A stretch of DNA of 63,148 nt, counting the filler, from Octopus bimaculoides (taxonomy: Eukaryota): NCBI RefSeq assembly GCF_001194135.2. It is 4 parts of 4 records of this genome, joined end to end, with 100 filler letters (N's around TTAATTAATTAA, not from the genome) between each part and the next. Parts side by side here need not be neighbours in the genome. Positions count along the whole stretch, not along the records: positions 40,025 to 61,744 come from NC_068984.1; positions 61,845 to 63,148 come from NW_026414287.1; 2 more parts are not named here. The stretch is one strand, 5' to 3'. Each line of letters starts with the position of its first letter. Positions within the stretch are counted from its first letter, which is position 1. The notes under the pieces are model-generated. The model had not been told where the DNA came from. It was given only the letters and a program-made list of their open reading frames with translations, and ran no database searches. Positions 52,365 through 63,148 of the stretch are shown one piece after another. The translations under genes were made by a program, and so were the position numbers.

Positions 52365-54422
52365 TATATAAATGTTCCTGTATCAATGTATGTGAGCATG
52401 AAATGCCTCTTTTAATATTTACACAACGTGCTTATATGTCGTATAAGATAAATGTAATATTATTACATATCTTACACTTAAATTATACTGAAGTGATTTT
52501 TCGAGAATAATCGCTCTTATCGAAGTTAATGCACGTACATACACCTACTTACACGTACGCATAAATACGGATATTCATACAATTACAGACACGTATTGTG
52601 TACTCTTTAACGTACACAGATGCACACAAACGACACTACACGCTCAACACAAACTCACTCACATAGGAAAACGTATCACATATGTACACATATATTCAAA
52701 GACATAAGCATGTATACCGCCCTCAACTAAATTAATATTTATTCGCTCTCTCATTCTACCCAATATATAATCTTACAAGAATGATAATTGAATCGGCGGC
52801 CAAGACGGATTAGACGAGAATTCACGCTGCAGACACAGAATTAGTGGCATATAGACAAGTTTAACATTGTTTTCTATTAACTCCTTAGACACAATGTCTG
52901 TGATACAAACAATTATTTGGCCTATCAGGCAGAAAGTCGGCGACCAATTAGCTCTCCTTGCAGTAATATTTGGTTTTATTTTTGCTTTTATAGTAATCCA
53001 CTTTTGACAACACCAAGTGTTCTAGGCAGTGATATTGGCGCTGATTTAGAAGTATCTTATTGTAGTATGTATTTCATGTTGCTCTTTGTGGTGTTACAAC
53101 TGTTGTAGTTCATACCATATTTTCCGATTGCAGTAATAAGTACAGTGTTGTTCTGTGTAAGTAACGATAAATGTGTTGGCGACGGTAATAGAAACAGAAG
53201 TAGAAAGTGGCAGTAATGCTGGATAAGTTTATGTCGTGTTTATGTAGAAATTGTTATGATATTATGAATGACCTATAAACTCAGAAGGAAAAATTCTTCC
53301 ATAAGTACATATATATATATTATATATATATGTTTCAATGGGAGACTTCATAATCATTATATATATATATATATATATATATATNNNNNNNNNNNNNNNN
53401 NNNNNNNNNNNNNNNNNNNNNNNNNNNNNNNNNNNNNNNNNNNNNNNNNNNNNNNNNNNNNNNNNNNNNNNNNNNNNNNNNNNNNNNNNNNNNNNNNNNN
53501 NNNNNNNNNNNNNNNNNNNNNNNNNNNNNNNNNNNNNNNNNNNNNNNNNNNNNNNNNNNNNNNNNNNNNNNNNNNNNNNNNNNNNNNNNNNNNNNNNNNN
53601 NNNNNNNNNNNNNNNNNNNNNNNNNNNNNNNNNNNNNNNNNNNNNNNNNNNNNNNNNNNNNNNNNNNNNNNNNNNNNNNNNNNNNNNNNNNNNNNNNNNN
53701 NNNNNNNNNNNNNNNNNNNNNNNNNNNNNNNNNNNNNNNNNNNNNNNNNNNNNNNNNNNNNNNNNNNNNNNNNNNNNNNNNNNNNNNNNNNNNNNNNNNN
53801 NNNNNNNNNNNNNNNNNNNNNNNNNNNNNNNNNNNNNNNNNNNNNNNNNNNNNNNNNNNNNNNNNNNNNNNNNNNNNNNNNNNNNNNNNNNNNNNNNNNN
53901 NNNNNNNNNNNNNNNNNNNNNNNNNNNNNNNNNNNNNNNNNNNNNNNNNNNNNNNNNNNNNNNNNNNNNNNNNNNNNNNNNNNNNNNNNNNNNNNNNNNN
54001 NNNNNNNNNNNNNNNNNNNNNNNNNNNNNNNNNNNNNNNNNNNNNNNNNNNNNNNNNNNNNNNNNNNNNNNNNNNNNNNNNNNNNNNNNNNNNNNNNNNN
54101 NNNNNNNNNNNNNNNNNNNNNNNNNNNNNNNNNNNNNNNNNNNNNNNNNNNNNNNNNNNNNNNNNNNNNNNNNNNNNNNNNNNNNNNNNNNNNNNNNNNN
54201 NNNNNNNNNNNNNNNNNNNNNNNNNNNNNNNNNNNNNNNNNNNNNNNNNNNNNNATTAAATCATAATGTCTTACGTTTAAGCTGGTTCCCATACTTTTCC
54301 CTGAGGAGAAGTTTACATTTTTAACATCGCCGATTCCTATGGATCGCATAAATTGTAATTCTTCGAAACACATGTCGGAATAAAATTATGCAGTTATAAT
54401 ATGCGTTTACTCCATTCTTTAA

Positions 54423-54462
<40 letters not shown>

Positions 54463-54925
54463 ATGATGAACTCTCCCATCGAAAACGACGTATGAGTGTT
54501 TGCCGAACGACGTGCATAAATGATTTATTTATAGTGATCGACCGTTCGCGCTACACATTACTTCCATCAAACCGCCGTTGCCTGAACAGGTACACTGAGT
54601 ACCACGCGTCACGTGTCTATGTGATCACAGAGCAACGTAAGGTGAAGCGTTTTGCTCAAGAACACAACGCACCACTCGATCTAGGAATTGAAACCTTGAT
54701 CTTTCAATAGTGATTACAACACCCTAGCCACTAGGCCATGCACCGTAATATATGCATGTATAGATATTTTTTTAACACTTGTTGCTTGATCTACTTTACC
54801 AATTCATCAGTGTTCGCTGTGTATATAAGAAATGATAGACATGGAAGATCGAATATACGAAACTTTATTGTTCACAACGATCGTTTCGACCTATCATGCA
54901 TACACACACAGACGCACACTTGCCT

Positions 54926-55135
54926 ACGGGCATATGGCGTAGTGCTTAAGAGCGCAGGCTACTAACACCTAGATTACGAGTTCCATTCCAAGTAGTGACC
55001 TGAATAATAATAATGATAATAATAACATCGAAAAATACCATAGGAATGAGAACGCAGGTTCGAAATTTCCCCAAGACACCTGATGAAGACTGGAGGGTAT
55101 ATCCGTCAAATGCAAATAATGTGAATAAAGTATAT
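54926..55135 (+). mobile_element. Family D element, copy 3 (duplicate of copy 2) with a 45-nt deletion removing the 3' half of the hammerhead
   Basis: gggtatatc|cgtcaaatg here versus gggtatatc-agccgaaacg...gacaaatatc-cgtcaaatg in copy 2. The deletion lies between ATATC direct repeats. Confidence 0.88.
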
Positions 55136-56472
55136 ACACATAGTGTTCCATAAAGGACACCGAATTTGAAAGGTGAATAATTAAAACGTATTCTTATAAA
55201 CATGGTTATTTTTTGCGTATTTCTAATGGGTTATGTATCCTGTTTAGGTATGGAACGCAATGTCGGTCATATGTCCACCTGTACTGAGTCTGCGTACATT
55301 TATCTGCTCCTCGAAATTTCAGATAATTCTCTCACAGATGTGTGGGACGATGCCTCCAATGACACGCCTGATTTCAATCTTGAGTTCGGGAATTGTACGC
55401 GGTTTCTTGACGAATACCTTTGATTTCACATTCCCCATAAGACAAAATCACGAGGAGTAAGATCGCAAAATCTTAGTGGCCATTGCTGGTCACCATGCAA
55501 GGGTATCACTCGTTCCGGAAATTGTTCGTGTAGTAATGCATGCGTTTGGCGCGAAGTGTGTCAGGTCGTTCCATCCTGCTAAGACCAGAGGTTGTCGATC
55601 TTCGTGTCTTCCAAGTTCAGCCATAACTGAGTGGATATCATGTCTCGCTAACGTTCTCCATTAATGGTAACTACATTCCCCTAATCATTTTCAGAGAAGA
55701 ACGGTCTAAGGAGTCCACCTGCCCAAAAACCACATGGTTGCTTTCGTAGATGCATTTCACGCACTAGCATTTTTTGGGGATTTTCATATCCCCAAATCTG
55801 GTAGTTTTGTTTACTGACAAATCCACTCAATTGGAAGCGGTCCCCGTCACTGAAGATGATTTTGTTTGTAAAATTTTCGTCAGCTTCAAGTCTCTCCACA
55901 ACCTAGTCATGGAATTTCCTCCGCTTCCCATGGTCAGGTGGATGAAGCTGCTGCGTAAGTTGAAATTTGTATGCATGCATATAGAGATATTTATAAAAAA
56001 ATTCGATGTAATGAAGTTGTCGGTATGCCCAAATGCTGCGAACGTCGGTGAATCGATTTTCCCGGACTCAGAGTGACACTGTCTCGTACAACAGAAAATT
56101 GTTGCTCAGTCCGACGAGAACGATTCTGCCTAGGCGGTTTGGCCGTTGCAACTCAACTAGTTGTTTTAAACTTCGTCATTAGTCTGTGAACTGTAGACTT
56201 GTTGGATGCTTCATTTCTTCTCTAAATGATGCGAAGTGTTCCAGCTGCTTGTATCACACTTTCTCCATTCTGGTAAAACGTCTTCACGATGAGAACGCGT
56301 TGCTCAGTTGTAAACTCCTCCACAACACACTACGCACTACTCCGAAAAACAAACCAAACGCTATTATTCGAAGCGAAGAGATATAGCAAACATGATAAAA
56401 GCATGCCTTCAAACTTCAAAGCACAAAAGTGTCGCCCAATTCAAAGTCGGTGCTGTTTATGCGACACACTCT
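55136..56472 (-). mobile_element. Near full-length (~1.33 kb) Tc1/mariner transposon of the DD41D (rosa-like) group; transposase pseudogene about 56323-55244
   Basis: The translation EEFTTEQRVLIVKTFYQNGES...KIIFSDGDRFQLSGFVSKQNYQIWGYENP...QDG(T)...WPLRFCDLTPRDF..WG/VKSKVF...GGHMTDIAFHT* has several stops. There are 41 residues between the second and third catalytic D. The imperfect TIRs are atagtgttccataaaggacaccgaatttgaa (about 55140-55170) and ttcaaagtcggtgctgtttatgcgacacactct (56440-56472). Its 3' part is duplicated at 51211-51563. Confidence 0.9.
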
Positions 56473-58414
56473 CTCTCTCTGTCTCTCTCTCTCTCTGTAC
56501 ATATATATATATATATATANNNNNNNNNNNNNNNNNNNNNNNNNNNNNNNNNNNNNNNNNNNNNNNNNNNNNNNNNNNNNNNNNNNNNNNNNNNNNNNNN
56601 NNNNNNNNNNNNNNNNNNNNNNNNNNNNNNNNNNNNNNNNNNNNNNNNNNNNNNNNNNNNNNNNNNNNNNNNNNNNNNNNNNNNNNNNNNNNNNNNNNNN
56701 NNNNNNNNNNNNNNNNNNNNNNNNNNNNNNNNNNNNNNNNNNNNNNNNNNNNNNNNNNNNNNNNNNNNNNNNNNNNNNNNNNNNNNNNNNNNNNNNNNNN
56801 NNNNNNNNNNNNNNNNNNNNNNNNNNNNNNNNNNNNNNNNNNNNNNNNNNNNNNNNNNNNNNNNNNNNNNNNNNNNNNNNNNNNNNNNNNNNNNNNNNNN
56901 NNNNNNNNNNNNNNNNNNNNNNNNNNNNNNNNNNNNNNNNNNNNNNNNNNNNNNNNNNNNNNNNNNNNNNNNNNNNNNNNNNNNNNNNNNNNNNNNNNNN
57001 NNNNNNNNNNNNNNNNNNNNNNNNNNNNNNNNNNNNNNNNNNNNNNNNNNNNNNNNNNNNNNNNNNNNNNNNNNNNNNNNNNNNNNNNNNNNNNNNNNNN
57101 NNNNNNNNNNNNNNNNNNNNNNNNNNNNNNNNNNNNNNNNNNNNNNNNNNNNNNNNNNNNNNNNNNNNNNNNNNNNNNNNNNNNNNNNNNNNNNNNNNNN
57201 NNNNNNNNNNNNNNNNNNNNNNNNNNNNNNNNNNTTAAGGATACTTTCTTTTCTTCCTCTCACATTTCTAGGTGCAATATATTGGTTTATGACAAAATTT
57301 ACCTGAATAAACGATTAATATATAAAAAGGGAGACAAAATACACCCATATGATTTAAAGAGGGCATAATACTATAAAAATGATTCAAAATACAGGACGAT
57401 GTGTATGTTGCTATATATAAGCTTTTCCTACGAGAAACCTGTTTCAATCCAAAAAAAAAAACAAAAAAAAAACGTGATACTATTTTTAGCTGGCTGGCGT
57501 GTAAATGATTCTGCTAGCAGTCCGCCTTTGAGTATATAAAGACTACCATGTGAAATGGTTTTGGCATTCGGTCTCTGTGCCACCAAGAATGAACAGTCTC
57601 AAACAAAAAATCAAGAGAAACATCTGTTGCTGATTTATATATTTTTTCCAACTCACCTCACGCCAACAATGGCTAACCAATGAAATTGTGGGAGTACTTC
57701 ATAACTTATCACTTCGACATAAAAGTCCGGGAATGAGTAAACATAGTGTAGCGACAAGATGAGGCATATGTGCATAAGTATATATATATATATATAGTTT
57801 TGAAATTTTGCGTTCATTAATTTCGGATTTTTCTAATAATAACTGCATTGTTTCTTTTTAGGTAAAATGACGTCTGCCTGTTCAAATACTGCAGCTAAAA
57901 GTTACTTTTCTTGGTGTTATGTCTTTGGGGCTTTTAAATATCTCGTCGCCAATAATGTTATGACGACGTTGGAGTATGCTCAAGGATATAGGAATAGTAT
58001 TACCCAAATAAATATTTGATATGGCTATCTTGATTAACCTTTTGCAGAATTAATATGTTCACGAAGATCGTAATCCATACTACGACAAACGTACGTACAA
58101 TAGTAAACTAACACAATAATCCAATATGAATGATAAACGCTGTCAACTGCCCGTTGTAAACAACTTTTTTCTCTTTATTATCGGCATAAAGCCTTGTATA
58201 TAGAGGGTATATTACAAGGACACACGTGGGGTGCATAAAATGATTTGCGAATGAATTATGAAATGTGAAAAATTATGATGATGAAATGGCTTTCCACTCC
58301 CCAAAGTAGAAAGTTTCATTTTATTGTTTTTACAGTTCAGTTTGTATCGTGTTTGTTAATTCCCAAAACCTTTCAGATCCTCAAAATTCACCACTGGTGG
58401 CAATACATCATATC

Positions 58415-58695
58415 GAACCCATGTTTCCAGAGGTGTATTATTCAAACCCCAAAGAATTCCCCTCAATACATGGCTATGATTCTCCCCAACTAATTCTGTT
58501 CCTGATCAGCGATGCACACATCAACAGCCACCAAAGGACATCTTCAATTGGTTAAGGTCAAACAACTGACTAGCAAATCTGTGGTATTGAGCAGAATATT
58601 TGTTGTAGTCTATCTTTTGTACCAAGACACAACAATGTACATGATAACACTACCAATCAGTTAAGCTCAGAAGCCATGAGAGCCACTACCTTGTA
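58415..58695 (-). mobile_element. Family E partial copy next to (ATT)n (58711-58793)
   Basis: Reverse complement of the 5' half of 21731-22392. Confidence 0.8.
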
Positions 58696-58723
58696 ATGCA
58701 TGAGGACATTTATTATTATTATG

Positions 58724-58794
<71 letters not shown>

Positions 58795-60949
58795 GATAAT
58801 GGGGTGGCAGAATCGTTGTGGCGTTCGCCAACTTGCTTAACGGTATTACTCACGACTCACCTTTGGATCACCTTTGCCTTTCATTCATTTAGTAGCGATA
58901 AAATAAAATACCAGTCAAATACTGGCGCCGATGTAATCGGCGATCTTCCTCCATCCAAAACTGCTGGCCTAGCGCTAACATTTGAAAAAATTGTTGCCAT
59001 TATTATCACTACTATGTCGCTGTATACGTCTCCTTTGTTATCGCTATTTCATTTCACGTGGAATGTTTTGTTATTTACAACAAACATGTCAAAGCACACT
59101 CTTGTTTTATTTCTTTCAATGTGCATTAGCTGGAAGAAAGAAAATAAAATGAAAGAGAATAGGAAAATAACCAGGAGAAATACAATAATCCAAGTAGAAT
59201 GATTTGCTGGAATCACTATAAAACTAAAGCAAAATGTATGATATAAAGATGAATCAAAAATATGTCATCGCCTACATTGTAGAGCGCAGAGAGTCTATAG
59301 TGTTTGAAAATCAGTGATTCGTATTGACTTCACTTAAACATATATGCTTTTGTTTGGTTGCATGTATTGTATATCATTCAACATGGTATTATTTGAGTAA
59401 CAGCAGATGTTAAGTTACAATTGAATCAGCACAACCACCTCTCATAACAAGATTCAATCTCTCGAATGGCTAAAACTATCAACCAAAGGATACTAAAATC
59501 TCGCCATGCCATAAGGAACACGAAACACACGTTAAACAATATACGCTTAAATACATTGTATCTGAAAAGGAAGGAGAAAGGATTATGGATGGAAATCATT
59601 TGTTCATAGTAATGTTTAATCAGAAACGTATATCAATAAACAATAACAATACATAGCGAGTGTTCAAGTCTTATCGAAGAAAATTTAACGAAGGAAAGTA
59701 TAATGGTATCTATCTCATAACGATAACGAAGAATATAGAATGATTATTTTGTTTCGATGAGGACTAGCTGTACACCTTGAATAAAAATATTGCAAACATG
59801 TTACGTCAGAATTCAGCGAACACATTTCACTCGCCTTCTATGTTACGCATATTATTTTCATTATGAGAATGCAATATGTAATACTCGAAGTTAGGGTCAG
59901 CATTCACAATATAGAACCATCAGGTGAAGTAATATGAGAGGCCGACCAACACAAAACTGAATAGTATTATGACATACGTTTTATCCGGACTATTATCTCA
60001 ACATAACGAACCAGACAACATCTCGTAGTTTTAATCAGATTGTAACGACATTTACAAAACATTAACATCGTCATAAATACCATCTCTAACACACGCACAC
60101 ACACACATATGTATATATGTGTGCTTTATGTGATAATGTATATGTACATGTGGACATACAAGCATATGTATATGAGTATATGTGCATATTTTATATTTAT
60201 ATTTTTTATTGTTGAGTCTTGTGAGAGTCATGATGCCAATAACAGTAACACACGCATAGGTTCAATTCCACTTCATTATTGTTAATCAACTGGTTAATTA
60301 CCTAACCCACTAACTGATCCATCGTTTAAAAATTCAATCGGATATTTGTAAGTTAAATTTCTTTCGTCGCTGCATACCACGTTTTTAGTGACTTTGTGAC
60401 TTCCCCTCTCGCTTCAATAGCTGTTCAGCGTCAGTCTAAGAAGTGATATTATATCTGTGCGCATGCATGCTTGTATGTGTGTGTGTATGTAGTTATGTGT
60501 GTACATCAGTGTAACTGCTTATGTGTTTGTGTGTCTGTGTGTCTGTGAGTCTGGTCGTACTGGCCACCAGTGATCTCTAAGGATTGGGCCTTTTGTGTTT
60601 ATTGTTCTTGATCAGTCTTGTATCTTCTGAAGTCATATGGGTTGAGGGTGTAGTTCTCTAAGGAGGAGGGGGAGTAAAGAACAGAGTAGGTATGTGTGAG
60701 GAGTTAAAGGTGAGTGTAAGCAAATAGTTTGTCTGTGTATGCGCACGTACGCGAACGCGTGTGTGCACGCGTGTAAGACCTTACATACATGTATATAGCG
60801 AGAGAGGTGGGGAAATATGTCTGTATATTATCATTTAATCAGGAGGGATGTTTAATATTCATTACTCATTATGATATTATGCTTAGTTAAATATTTAGTT
60901 TTGGTTTTAAGACAACTAGAAACAGTTGCAAAAAATTAGTTAGTATTTC

Positions 60950-61615
60950 GTTTCTGAGCAAAGAATGGGACGCCATTGATGACAGGCTGTCATCGATGCT
61001 TCATCAGCTTATGTAAAAACATTCAACCTTGTATGTTTACAACGCACTGTGTAATCCACAGCCAACATCTGGTTGTAAATAACCTAGATGTTTGTCTTAA
61101 CAAATCCTTGACACATTTATTGCAGCAGAAAATAAAATCAAGGCACTTGCACTCAACCCCCGAGTTTTAACTGCTCTGAATTGAGAATCATAAAGAATTT
61201 GAACGTGTGTTGTTGCACTCCTAAGTTCGATGGATAGTAAACAAAACTGCCTGAAATTTCTTTTCTTGTTTTAAAACAATTGTTGCATTCTTACGAGACT
61301 CTTATTCAGTTCTTTGTGATGAAGTCAGAAACACCAGATAGATCATTGCTTATACGGCTGATATACTAAGAAAGGTCAATGGAGTTAATTTGAAATTGCA
61401 AGGAAATGTGATTAAACCATATCAAGGTAAAATCAAAAGTCTCCACATTTACAGATTTTCAAATGTATCATAAACCGTTGTGATTTCTTGCAGTTCTCCG
61501 ATATGGAGAAGGAAAAATGCATATCAGAAGAAAACATTCAAGTGAGTGTATTGGATCACACTTCGATAAGCCAGAAAGAGGCATGTCAACAGACTTCAGG
61601 ATATTTAATTTTGCT
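60950..61615 (+). pseudogene. hAT (Charlie/Buster-type) transposase relic
   Basis: NGTPLMTGCHRCFISLCKNIQPCMFTTHCVIHSQHL, NKIK, ENHKEFERVLLHS*VRW and IAYTADILRKVNGVNLKLQG match DGAP.M.G, HC.IH, LLLHTEVRWLS and AYL.D.F..LN..NL.LQG. Confidence 0.82.
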
Positions 61616-61653
61616 TAATATATATGTATATATATATATGTATATATATATAT

Positions 61654-61708
<55 letters not shown>

Positions 61709-61844
61709 ATACAAATAATATATGAATATATGCGTATATACGTANNNNNNNNNNNNNNNNNNNNNNNNNNNNNNNNNNNNNNNNNNNNTTAATTAATTAA
61801 NNNNNNNNNNNNNNNNNNNNNNNNNNNNNNNNNNNNNNNNNNNN

Positions 61845-62211
61845 CATCTCAAAGATAAGGTTTACGCTGCAAAACCAGTGACAATTGATGATTTCAAAAA
61901 AGAAATTCGAATACAATGTCTTGCAATTCCAAATGAAATGTTTGGCAATGTTGTCAAATCCATTGTTGGACATTATCAGCTTCGTTTGGAAAATGAAGGA
62001 AGGCAGTTTGAACATTTGCGAACACGCAGGAATGAGAGAGAATATTAAATAATTCTAAATGACAATAAATAATCGTTTCTACAACAATTTATTTTCCTGA
62101 ATTTAATTTAACTTCCTAGGATTGTGTGTATATCAATAAACATCTACTTGAACACAAAATGCATGAGTACTGGGAAGTCAAAGAGTGGGTACATCTTTTT
62201 GGGACACCCTG
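61845..62211 (+). mobile_element. Tc1/mariner-like transposon 3' end with TIR
   Basis: HLKDKVYAAKPVTIDDFKKEIRIQCLAIPNEMFGNVVKSIVGHYQLRLENEGRQFEHL...* (to 62048). It ends ctttttgggacaccctg|TA, the reverse complement of TA|CAGGGTGTCCCAAAAAG. Confidence 0.85.
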
Positions 62212-62217
62212 TATAAT

Positions 62218-62590
62218 GGGTGCTTTCACGTGCCACTGGCACAGGTGCCAGTTTGCATGACACCAGTATCTGCCACAACTACGATTTCACTTGGCTTGAT
62301 GGGTCTTCATCTCAAGCACATCATTTGTCATTACCTCCGGGAGGCCCAGCATCCAGAAGGTGCTTGTTACGTGCCACTGACACGGTTGCTAGTTACGCAA
62401 CATCAGCATCAGCCACATTGCCTCCATGAGGCCCAATGCTTGAAAGATGCACTTTATGTGCCACCGGCATGGGTGCCAGTTACATGGCACTGACAGCGAC
62501 TGCAGTTATGATTTCACTTAGCTTGACAGGTTTTCTCAAGCACAGCTTATCATCAAAGATCTCAGTGATTTGTCATTGCCTCCGTGAGAT
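62218..62590 (+). repeat. Three degenerate tandem units (about 90-145 bp) starting g(g/a)tgc..tta(c/t)gtgccac
   Basis: Unit starts at about 62218, 62359 and 62446. Shared motifs are gatttcactt.gcttga, tctcaagcac and gtcatt(a/g)cctcc. Confidence 0.7.
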
Positions 62591-63148
62591 ACACACACAC
62601 ACTGACACACACACATAGACTTCTCTCAGTTTCCATCTACCAAATCGACTCGCAAGGCTTTGGTTGGCCCAGGTCTGTAATAGTAAACACTTATTCAAGG
62701 TGCCATACAGTGGGATTGAACCCAAAACTATGTGGTTGAAAAGCAAACTTCTTAATCACATGGAGGGACGATATATTAATAAAACAAGGGAAAAAATCAG
62801 AAAGACACTTACTTTGAGAGGAGATAACTAACAGAGGCTGTGGTTTGTTTCTGTGGATCTGGAGACATTGGATCGATGCGGCAGGTAATGGCATGATGTT
62901 GCTGGAATATGAGAGAGCGAGAGAGTGAGAAAGAGAGGTAGAGTGAGAGTGAGAGGAAAGAGAGAGGGGGGAGAGAGATGGCTTGGATGTCCGTTGGTTA
63001 CGATGATGAGTGTTCCAGTGGCTCTGATCAACAGAACAGCCAGCACATGAGATTAATGTGCAAGTGGCTGAGCACTCCACAGACATGCACACCTTTAATG
63101 TAGATCAGAGGGAGATTCAGAGTGAAGCAAGAGAGAGGGTGAGAGTGA

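Larger units (their letters stand above)
50619..55485 (+). repeat. Direct duplication: X1 50619-50829 = X2 51602-51811; Y1 50830-51563 = Y2 54797-55485
   Basis: Long colinear identity with scattered substitutions. X1 joins Y1 directly at a 3-bp CTT microhomology, whereas X2 and Y2 are about 3 kb apart. Confidence 0.9.

Overview
Repeat-saturated, AT-rich animal genomic DNA, most likely from an octopus or related coleoid cephalopod. That is inferred from the extreme density of (TA)n, (CA)n, (TATG)n, (TCTA)n and (AAT)n microsatellites and from tRNA-headed SINE families of the octopus type. About 15% of the window is N gaps. I find no intact cellular protein-coding gene, rRNA, real tRNA or CRISPR array; almost all ORFs in the track are microsatellite or N read-through. 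What can be supported is a transposon graveyard. It includes at least six short retroposon families in many copies, decayed RLE-type LINEs (R4/Dong-like, plus one flanked by (ACAT)n), an RTE LINE and a Penelope-like GIY-YIG endonuclease relic. DNA transposons include a near full-length DD41D Tc1/mariner element, a DD34D-type mariner, a hAT transposase relic, and hAT, piggyBac-like and mariner MITEs. There are also several long inverted repeats, a tandem duplication with a microhomology deletion, and three synthetic TTAATTAATTAA scaffold spacers. The best candidate for an undescribed system is a short element that joins a Pol III tRNA-like head (A and B boxes) to a minimal type I hammerhead ribozyme with a palindromic stem III, as in Penelope-type hammerheads. 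It occurs at about 21.6-22.6 kb, 51.0-51.2 kb and 54.9-55.1 kb. Further hammerhead-like remnants lie in other repeats. All family names come from motif recognition by eye, not from database searches.
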